This document shows positions 56,573 to 64,000 of a stretch of DNA of 64,000 nt, piece by piece. The position numbers and the translations under genes were made by a program. The DNA is from an uncultured Chloroflexia bacterium (GTDB lineage Bacteria; Chloroflexota; Limnocylindria; Limnocylindrales; CSP1-4). The DNA is taken from contig OY970218.1 of NCBI GenBank assembly GCA_963713975.1, positions 1,632,001 through 1,696,000 on the forward strand, read 5' to 3'. Under the pieces are notes generated by a model. The model saw only the letters and a program-made list of their open reading frames with translations. It had not been told where the DNA came from and did not search any database. Position 1 is the first letter of the stretch, and every line of letters starts with the position of its first letter.

Positions 56573-58135
56573 ATGCAGGATCGAACGAACCACCTGGAAC
56601 CCGCGGCGCTGAGCCCGGAGCGGACGCGCGCCGTCCTCGCGGTGGTGGCCCTGAGCCTGATGGCCGTCATCTCAGCCGTGAGCGGGCTCAACGTCGCCCT
56701 CCCGGACATGGCCCGCGAGACAGGTGCCACCCAGACGCAGCTGACGTGGATCGTCGACGCCTACACGGTCGTGTTCGCGGGCCTGCTATTCCTCGCCGGT
56801 GCCCTGGGAGACCGGTACGGACGACGCCTGCTGCTGCAGGTTGGCCTCGTGGTGTTCGGGGTTGCTGCGGCGTTCGGCCTGTTCACGACGGACCCGACCC
56901 ACCTCGTCGTCGTGCGGGCGGTGATGGGCATCGGTGCCGCGGCGATCATGCCCACGACGCTGTCGATCATCACGACGTCCTTCCCCGAGGCGGAGCGGCC
57001 GCGGGCCATCGGTCTGTGGGTCGGCATCTCCGGTGGAGGCGCCGTCCTCGGCATGTTCGTCTCGGCGTTGCTCCTCGAGTGGTTCTCGTGGCACTCGTTC
57101 TTCGCGTTCAACGTGGTGCTGTCGCTGATCGCGCTCGTCGGCGTGTTCGCCGTCGTGCCGGGCTCGGTCGATGATGACGCGCCTGCGTTGGACATCGTGG
57201 GCGGCGTGCTCTCGCTCGTCACGGTCGCGGCGCTCGTGTTCGGGATCATCGAGGCCCCCGACCGTGGCTGGACCGATCCGATCACGGTCGGTGCGCTGGC
57301 CCTGGGTCTTGCTGCCGGTGCGCTCTTCGTGTGGTGGGAGCTCCGTCAGCAGCATCCGCTGCTGGATCCGCGGCTGTTCCGCCTCCGGGGGTTCAGTTCC
57401 GGCTCCCTGTCGATCTCCATCCAGTTCTTCGCGGCCTTCGGCTTCTTCTTCATCGTGCTCCAGTACCTGCAGTACGTGACCGGCCGGTCGGCGCTGGAGG
57501 CGGCCGCGGCGCTGCTCCCGCTGCCGTTCGTGCTCATCCCGACCGCCCGCACCGCGCCGCGTCTGGCCCAGCGCATCGGATTCCGGTGGGTCGGACCCGC
57601 GGGCCTCCTTGCCATGGCCCTCGCGTTCGCGCTGCTCAGTCGCCTCGAGGTGGACACGCCGTACTGGTTCTTCGTGATCGGGCTGCTGCTCTTCGGCCTC
57701 GGCATGGGCCTGGCCGGGACGCCCGCCACCACGGCGATCACGAGCTCGCTGTCGATGGCCAAGCAGGGCGTGGCTTCGGCCATGAACGACACCGCCCGGG
57801 AGGTCGGGAGTGCGTTCGGGATCGCGATCCTGGGAGCGGCCCTCCACCAGTCCTATCGCGACGCGCTCGCGCCGGCCGTTGCCAACCTGCCTCCGCAGAT
57901 CGCGGAGCGGGTCCTGGGCTCGGTGGCCTTCACCACGTCGCCTGCCGTCGCCCAGCTGGGTGCCGCCGGTCAGGGGCTCGTCGATGCGGGACGCGCGGCA
58001 TTCGTGCAGGGCGTGGGCGATGCGGTCCTCATCGGGTCCGTGGTGCTCGCCGTCGCGGCCGTCGTGGTGTTTGTGGCCTCGGGTCCCAAGCCCCAGACCG
58101 GGATCATCGCGGACGAGATCGCGGCCGCCGCGTAG
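56573..58135 (+). CDS. DHA2 (EmrB/QacA-type) MFS transporter
   Basis: LNVALP, WIVDAY, GALGDRYGRR, about 14 TMs. Confidence 0.93.
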   Translation: MQDRTNHLEPAALSPERTRAVLAVVALSLMAVISAVSGLNVALPDMARETGATQTQLTWIVDAYTVVFAGLLFLAGALGDRYGRRLLLQVGLVVFGVAAAFGLFTTDPTHLVVVRAVMGIGAAAIMPTTLSIITTSFPEAERPRAIGLWVGISGGGAVLGMFVSALLLEWFSWHSFFAFNVVLSLIALVGVFAVVPGSVDDDAPALDIVGGVLSLVTVAALVFGIIEAPDRGWTDPITVGALALGLAAGALFVWWELRQQHPLLDPRLFRLRGFSSGSLSISIQFFAAFGFFFIVLQYLQYVTGRSALEAAAALLPLPFVLIPTARTAPRLAQRIGFRWVGPAGLLAMALAFALLSRLEVDTPYWFFVIGLLLFGLGMGLAGTPATTAITSSLSMAKQGVASAMNDTAREVGSAFGIAILGAALHQSYRDALAPAVANLPPQIAERVLGSVAFTTSPAVAQLGAAGQGLVDAGRAAFVQGVGDAVLIGSVVLAVAAVVVFVASGPKPQTGIIADEIAAAA

Positions 58136-58420
58136 ATCTGCTGGAGCCAGCGGCTGGTCCCGGGCCGGTGCCCGACTTGGCGGGTGGGCGAACTGCCGGC
58201 CCACGCCAGGGGTAGGCCGCTGGGCGGTCCTACCGTCGGGTGCCGTGCCGTCTGCGCCGGCCTGCGGCACGTCTGTCGGCGGAACGACGCCCCGGAGACG
58301 ACGAACGTGCCAGCCAGCGACTGAAGCGTGGGTCGACCCGACCGTTCAACCGCTCGCCGGCACAGGCTGCATAGGTGGGGACGGCGCCCCGGCCCCGGCC
58401 GGCCCACCTGCGCCGCGGCC

Positions 58421-58927
58421 TCAGTCCCAGAGGTCGATCTGTGGCAGGCCCGCGGCTCCGAGCGCCTCGTTCAGCTCGGCACAGTGGTACACGTCATGGC
58501 GGTAGACCCGCTGGATCACGGACCCACGCGTGTGGACCCATGTCTCGTCCCACTCCGCGCGGCGGAGCACCTCGGACAGTGAGCCCAGCGACCAGCCGTC
58601 CAGGCAGCGCTCGATGATCCCGAACGACGTCTCGAGCGCCTCGACGAGCGCTTCGGGACCGAGTACGTGCGCGAGGTCATCGTCGCCCGGGCAGTCATTG
58701 CCGGCGTCCGTGAAGGGCGTGGTCTCGGCCCCCGGCTCGCCCGCGAAGTCGCACAGCCAGAACACCCGCTGGCAGGCGAGGTGGCCGATCGTTGCCCAGA
58801 TGGGCCAACGATCGGGTGTCGGGCGGATCGCGAGCTGCTCGCTGGTCATCGCGGCGACGAGGTCGCGGAGGCGCTCGTTGACCACGGGCCACGAGCTGTA
58901 GGCGGGGCGGATCGTCTCGTTGCGCAT
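58421..58927 (-). CDS. DinB/DUF664 family protein
   Basis: IGHLACQRVFW and HDVYH metal-binding His pattern; TATCGT 7 nt before the ATG. Confidence 0.85.
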   Translation of the reverse strand: MRNETIRPAYSSWPVVNERLRDLVAAMTSEQLAIRPTPDRWPIWATIGHLACQRVFWLCDFAGEPGAETTPFTDAGNDCPGDDDLAHVLGPEALVEALETSFGIIERCLDGWSLGSLSEVLRRAEWDETWVHTRGSVIQRVYRHDVYHCAELNEALGAAGLPQIDLWD

Positions 58928-59099
58928 GGCGGCCACGATACCCGCGTCGCTCGAGGGTCGGCTGATCGCGGTCGCGGTCGACCTCGTTGCGGACAGCAAG
59001 TGCGCCCTCACTTGGGGTGACGAACGCGGACGTCGATGCGCTAGTGTGTGCACGCGGCCGGATTCGCCCAGAATCCCCGCTCAGAAGGAGGAGCGTCCC

Positions 59100-59603
59100 A
59101 TGCGACTTCGACATCCCCATCGCCGGCTAGGAGCGCGCCTGTCGGTGGGCCTGGCAGCCGCTTCGCTGGCGGTCGGTGCCTGCGGTGGAGCCTCTGCGAC
59201 GCAGAGCCCGGCAGCGGCGACGCCGGACGCGGGAGGTTCAACGGTTGACGTACTGCTCCAGGAATGGGCTGTCGTCCCGGCCGTCCCGACGGCGAAGGCA
59301 GGATCCGTGACGTTCAAGGTCACCAACAAGGGCCCGGATGACACACACGAGTTCGTGGTGTTCCGGACGGACCTTGAACCGCGGGCGTTGCCGACGGGGG
59401 CCGACGGCTCGGTCGATGAGGAGGGCGAAGGCGTCGAGGCGATCGGCGAGATCGAGGACGTCACGGTCGGCTCGACCCAGGAGGTCACGTTCGACCTTGA
59501 GCCAGGCAAGTACGTGTTGATCTGCAATCTCGTCGAGGAGAGCGGCGGCACCGCCGAGGTGCACTACAAGCTCGGCATGAGCACCGGATTCACCGTCGAG
59601 TAG
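59100..59603 (+). CDS. cupredoxin (sulfocyanin/auracyanin-like) lipoprotein
   Basis: Lipobox VGAC; THEFVV, YVLICNL...HYKLGM; AAGGAGG SD. Confidence 0.85.
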   Translation: MRLRHPHRRLGARLSVGLAAASLAVGACGGASATQSPAAATPDAGGSTVDVLLQEWAVVPAVPTAKAGSVTFKVTNKGPDDTHEFVVFRTDLEPRALPTGADGSVDEEGEGVEAIGEIEDVTVGSTQEVTFDLEPGKYVLICNLVEESGGTAEVHYKLGMSTGFTVE

Positions 59604-59706
59604 CAACCTGTCCCCCGGGTGCGCACGCCAGCCGCCGTGTGCGCACCCACGCCACTCGTCGGAGGGAAGTGGCTGGACGGGCGCGGCCGGGTGGGAGCAA
59701 TCGCCA

Positions 59707-61086
59707 GTGGCTGCTGACACGAACGCTCACGGCACCAATGAGTTCCGCCGCGCCTTTCAGGGCCAGGTGATCGTTCCGGGTGACGATGCCTACGACCGCG
59801 CCCGCCGGGTCCAGAATGCGGCCGCGGACCGGCGCCCGGCCCTTGTCGTCAGGCCCCTGGACGCGGCGGACGTCGCGCTCGCCGTGACGCACGCCCAGCG
59901 GGCGAACCTGCCGCTTGTCGTGCGGGCCGGCGGTCATAGCATGGCCGGCCACGGGACCGGTGACGGGGCACTCGTCGTGGACCTGTCCGCGATGCGCGGG
60001 ATCGATATCGACGTCGCTGGCCGGACGGCCTGGGCCGACGGGGGCATCCTTGCCGGCGAGTACACGAGCGCGACCCACGCCCACGGCCTCGTGACGCCGT
60101 TCGGGGACTTCGGTTCGGTGGGCGTCGCCGGGATCACCCTGGGCGGCGGCGTCGGCTGGCTGGTGCGCAAGTACGGGATGACGATCGACAGCCTGCTCGC
60201 GGTGGAGATCGTCACCGCCGACGGCCGCCGTCGAATGGCCAGCCCCGACCAGGATGCGGACCTGTTCTGGGCCGTGTGTGGTGCGGGGGCCAACTTCGGC
60301 GTGGCCACGCGCCTGCAGTTCCGGCTCCACCCGCTCGGGAACGTCCTCGCCGGCGACCTCGTGCTGCCGGCCACGCGCCCGGTCCTGCGGAGCCTGGTCC
60401 CGGTCCTGCGTGCCGCGCCCGACGAGCTGACCGCGATCGTGAACATCATGCTCGCGCCGCCGGACCCGTCGATCCCCGACGAGCACCGCGGGCACCCGGT
60501 CGTGTACCTCTCGGTCATCTGGTCCGGTGCGGCGGACGACGGGGAGCGGGCGCTGGCGCCATTGCGGGCGCTCGGGCAGGCCTTCGCCGACACCGTCACG
60601 GAGAAGCCCTATCCGGACGTGTTCCTCCCGGTGGACCGGGACCACGTGTCGACCTGGGGGGCCTCGGCCCGCGCGCTGTTCCTCGAGTCACTCGAGGACC
60701 CGATGATCGACATCATCGAACATCGCCTGGGGGAGCCCGGCGCGCCGCACGCGGTCGTCCAACTGCGAGTGCTCGGCGGCGCCATGGCACGGGTTGCCAA
60801 CGATGCCGCGGCATACGGATGGCGGGATCGGTCCGCCGTGATGTGGATCATCACGCCCTACGAGGACCTGGAGCGCGCGGCCGAGCACGACGCCTGGACG
60901 GCGGCGTTCCGCTCCGAGCCGGCGACCGGTGATGACGCAACCTACCTGAACTTCATGGGCGCCGAGACCGCGGACGCCGTGCGCGCCGCCTACCCCGCGG
61001 CAACGTACGCGCGGCTGCGCGAGCTCAAGCGGCGGTACGACCCGGACAACGTCTTCCGCACGAACCACAACATCCCACCTGGGTGA
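59707..61086 (+). CDS. FAD-linked oxidoreductase (VAO/berberine bridge enzyme family)
   Basis: RAGGHS, GITLGGG, GANFGVAT, YLNF, KRRYDPDNVF. Confidence 0.93.
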   Translation: MAADTNAHGTNEFRRAFQGQVIVPGDDAYDRARRVQNAAADRRPALVVRPLDAADVALAVTHAQRANLPLVVRAGGHSMAGHGTGDGALVVDLSAMRGIDIDVAGRTAWADGGILAGEYTSATHAHGLVTPFGDFGSVGVAGITLGGGVGWLVRKYGMTIDSLLAVEIVTADGRRRMASPDQDADLFWAVCGAGANFGVATRLQFRLHPLGNVLAGDLVLPATRPVLRSLVPVLRAAPDELTAIVNIMLAPPDPSIPDEHRGHPVVYLSVIWSGAADDGERALAPLRALGQAFADTVTEKPYPDVFLPVDRDHVSTWGASARALFLESLEDPMIDIIEHRLGEPGAPHAVVQLRVLGGAMARVANDAAAYGWRDRSAVMWIITPYEDLERAAEHDAWTAAFRSEPATGDDATYLNFMGAETADAVRAAYPAATYARLRELKRRYDPDNVFRTNHNIPPG

Positions 61087-62102
61087 CCGCCCGACGCCTC
61101 CTCGACCGTGCGCGGATTCTCGCGGTGAGGCGGCGGGTCGGCGCGCTCGACGAGCGGCTGCCCTGGGGACCCGGGGCGCTCCGTCGGGCAGCGTTGGCGG
61201 GCCTGCAGGACAGCATGCCCAGGGCAGCGCTGCTCTCGATCCACGCCCGGGTGCATGGGACCGTTCCCGACGCATGGGAGGACCCCGCGCTCGTCCAGGT
61301 GTGGGGACCGCGGTTCAGCGCGTACGCCGTCGCGGCGGAGGACCGCGCGGTGTTCACGCTCGGGCGCATGTCTGTCGATGCGACCGGACTCCGACGCGCG
61401 CAGGAGACGGCCGATGGGCTCGATGCCTTCCTGGCAGGTCGCCGGATGCCTTTCGGCGAGGCGGGGCGGGGCATGGGCGTCTCCCACAACTCGCTGCGCT
61501 ACGGCACGACGACCGGCCGCCTCCTGATCCGCTGGGACGGGGCTCGCCAGCCCACCGTCTGGACGGTCCCGGCGCCGGGGGTGGACGCAGGTGAGGCGAG
61601 ACTCGAGCTCGCGCGCCGGTACCTGCGCGTCTTCGGCGTGGGCACGCCGGCCGGGTTCAGCACCTGGGCGGGCGTCAAGTCGGTCCATGCGCAGGCGGTC
61701 TTCACGACGCTCGCGACATCGCTCCTGCCCGTGCTGACACCCGTCGGCGAGGCATGGATCCTGGCGGAGGACGAACCGGCCTTCGGTGAGCCGCTCGCGC
61801 CCCCGGCACCGGCGCGTCTCCTGCCCAGCGGCGACGTCTACTCCCTGCTCCAGGGCGACGACCGCGCGCTCCTCGTGCCTGACGAGGCTCGTCGGCGCGA
61901 GCTCTGGACGCCCCGCGTCTGGCCCGGCGCGGTGCTCGTGGGCGGTGAGGTCGCCGGCGCCTGGCGACGCGCGGGCGCGAGGGTGACCGTCGACGCGTGG
62001 CGACGCCTGACGCCGGCCGAGCGTGAGGCGGTCGAGGCCGAGGCGGCGTCGCTGCCACTCCCCGGCGCGGCGGGTCGGATCACGGTGACCTGGGCCGGCT
62101 GA
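61083..62102 (+). CDS. AlkZ/YcaQ-like (HTH_42) DNA crosslink glycosylase family protein
   Basis: GLQDS...ALLSIHAR, ARRYLRVFG, RLLPSGD, GAVLVGGEVAGAW; GTGA overlap. Confidence 0.8.
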   Translation: MTARRLLDRARILAVRRRVGALDERLPWGPGALRRAALAGLQDSMPRAALLSIHARVHGTVPDAWEDPALVQVWGPRFSAYAVAAEDRAVFTLGRMSVDATGLRRAQETADGLDAFLAGRRMPFGEAGRGMGVSHNSLRYGTTTGRLLIRWDGARQPTVWTVPAPGVDAGEARLELARRYLRVFGVGTPAGFSTWAGVKSVHAQAVFTTLATSLLPVLTPVGEAWILAEDEPAFGEPLAPPAPARLLPSGDVYSLLQGDDRALLVPDEARRRELWTPRVWPGAVLVGGEVAGAWRRAGARVTVDAWRRLTPAEREAVEAEAASLPLPGAAGRITVTWAG

Positions 62103-62223
62103 TCTGCAGGGGCGCGACGGGGGCCCGGGCCCTCGAGGCGCACGCATCCGCAGTCGCCGGCTACGCCTCGCCGGCCACGCCTCTCCAGCGCGCCTCACGG
62201 CCGCCGGCCGCGCATGCGATTGC

Positions 62224-64000
62224 CTATCCCATCGACAGGATGCCCAGCAATCGAGCCCGGGCGACGGCCTCGGTGCGGCTGCTCACGTCCAGCTTGGCGT
62301 AGATACTGCGGACGTGGGCCTTCACGGTATGCGGTGAGAGGAACAGCCGCTCGGCGATGCCCTGGTTGGACAGCCCCTCGGCGATGAGCCCGAGCAGCTC
62401 GAGCTCCCGCTTGCTCAACGGCTCTGCGAGGCCGAACGTGCTGGGTGGATGACCTCCATACGAAGCCGGAGTGCCCAGCCAGCCGCCGGTCTTGTCCGTG
62501 GCGAAGACGGCCAGCAGCCGCAGGCAGTACTCGGGATGCAGCCCCTCGGCCGCCGCCTCCCGCAGCAGGCGGGCCATCAGCGGTCCTTCGTCCACGAAGA
62601 GCCGGACGAAGCCCTCCGGCTCGCCGATCTCCATGGCTTCGCCGAGCAGCAACAGCGCCTCGCCGGTATCGCCCGCCGCACGATGGGCGAGCGCCTGCAG
62701 GACCAGTGCCCTCAGCCGCCCGTCCAGCAAGGCCTGTGACTCGGCCTGGCGGCGATATGGCTCGAGCGCGGACAACGCGCCCTCCGCGTCTCCCCGCGCC
62801 AGGGACACTCGAGCATGGGTCAGTGGGAGGGCGAACTCATCGGAGAGCCGCGCCGCCCCGTCCAGATCGCCTCTTCGGAGACGGATCATCGCCTGGGCGG
62901 CCGCGACCCTGGGTGCCTCGTGGACGTATTCGCCCTCGCGCACCGAAGATTCGGCCTCGGCCAGGATGCGGGCCGCCTCGTCCAGATCACCCTGTGCCAA
63001 CTTGACGCGAGCGAGCAGCACCTGGCAGGCCACCGGTCGATCGGTGTCCTGAATCTGACGCGCAAGCCCAAGGCCCGCCTGGCCCCGCTCCCAAGCGGCA
63101 TCCAGGTCGTTCCACTCGTAGCGGATGCGGCCCAGGCCGAGGTGGGCGTCGGAGATCCACAGGTAGGGCAGATCGGCCGCCAGCCGGATCGTCTCCTCGT
63201 ACGTTTCGGCGGCCAGCCGGAGCTCGTTGTCGAGTTCCTCGATCCCGGCGAGCCCGATCGAGGCCGCCATCTCCCCGAACCGGTAGCCCGACGCCCGGCT
63301 CATCGACAGTGCCCCGCCGTACGTCTTCCGCGCCTCCGCTCGATCGCCGCGAACCTCGTGGGCGTAGCCCGACGCCCAGGCGGCGAGCGCTCGAGTCACC
63401 TCGTCCGAGGAGAGAAGCTCCAGCGCCTCCTTCGACGCGATGATCATGTCGTCCGCCCGGTGCTGGAGGAACGCAAGCAGAGCCCGAAGGCGGCCGATCC
63501 AGCCCAGGAGGCCGCGAGTCGTCCCGTCGTCCGCCCACGTCTGCAGCGTCGCCTCCGCGGCGGCGAGCATCTCCTCGATACCCACCGTCCGGCCGGATCC
63601 GAGCAACAACACGTCCGCGTAGCTGATGCGCAGGGACGGCCGCGCGTCCAGGGCCTCCACTGGGAGCGAGGAGAGCCAGGCGACAGCAGGCGCCACCGCG
63701 CCGCGGACCTGCAGCGACGGACCCCTGCCCCTGATCAGGTGCTCGGCACGTTCGATGTCGTGGCCGGCCGCGGCGTGCCGGAAGGCCTCGAGGTCGAAGC
63801 CGTTGTCCTCGCACCACCGGCTCGCTCGCCCGTGGAGCTCGTCCACGATCGCGTCGGGCTCGGACTGCCCGAGCCGCTGCCGGAGCAGGTCGCCGAAGAG
63901 GTGGTGGTAGCGGTACCAGCGGCGCTCGCCGTCCAGGGGAACGACGAACAGGTTCGCCCGCTCGAGATGCTCGAGCGTCTGCCGGCCCGGCGTTGAGGGG
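62224..64000 (-). CDS. MalT-like LuxR regulator, 5' part outside the window
   Basis: NLFVVPLDGERRWYRYHHLF near the window edge; LSKRELELL...SNQGIAERLFLSPHTVKAH. Confidence 0.92.
   Translation of the reverse strand, partial: PSTPGRQTLEHLERANLFVVPLDGERRWYRYHHLFGDLLRQRLGQSEPDAIVDELHGRASRWCEDNGFDLEAFRHAAAGHDIERAEHLIRGRGPSLQVRGAVAPAVAWLSSLPVEALDARPSLRISYADVLLLGSGRTVGIEEMLAAAEATLQTWADDGTTRGLLGWIGRLRALLAFLQHRADDMIIASKEALELLSSDEVTRALAAWASGYAHEVRGDRAEARKTYGGALSMSRASGYRFGEMAASIGLAGIEELDNELRLAAETYEETIRLAADLPYLWISDAHLGLGRIRYEWNDLDAAWERGQAGLGLARQIQDTDRPVACQVLLARVKLAQGDLDEAARILAEAESSVREGEYVHEAPRVAAAQAMIRLRRGDLDGAARLSDEFALPLTHARVSLARGDAEGALSALEPYRRQAESQALLDGRLRALVLQALAHRAAGDTGEALLLLGEAMEIGEPEGFVRLFVDEGPLMARLLREAAAEGLHPEYCLRLLAVFATDKTGGWLGTPASYGGHPPSTFGLAEPLSKRELELLGLIAEGLSNQGIAERLFLSPHTVKAHVRSIYAKLDVSSRTEAVARARLLGILSMG

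Noticed and set aside
62154-62194. Imperfect 14-bp repeats between convergent genes
   Set aside because: Short, GC-rich and degenerate; no function supportable.

Overview
A very GC-rich bacterial chromosomal segment. Gene style suggests Chloroflexota (Limnocylindria-like) or an actinobacterium; this is an inference. It holds about 55 genes. Housekeeping and metabolic genes include asnS, alaX, a three-part pntAa/pntAb/pntB transhydrogenase and a non-canonical ahcY-like gene. Transporters are SulP, MMPL and a DHA2 MFS. Regulators are three large AAA/STAND-LuxR proteins, an atypical NarL-type regulator, TetR and Crp. There are also two diguanylate cyclases, two blue-copper lipoproteins, a permuted orphan amino-methyltransferase and at least four decayed genes (arsC, URO-D-like, DUF885, NifX-like). 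I saw no rRNA, tRNA, CRISPR array, transposase or integrase. About 15 genes have a -10 hexamer 6-7 nt before the start codon, consistent with leaderless mRNAs. The best candidate for an undescribed system is the glycosyltransferase / DegT aminotransferase / NeuD acyltransferase / BKACE cluster (45490-49229), an anthrose-like module that may put an unusual acyl group on an amino sugar. Next are the AhcY paralogue with substituted catalytic residues and the AlaDH/PNT-like enzyme beside a 700-aa unknown protein with GT-A-like motifs. All family calls come from reading motifs by eye; no database searches were run.
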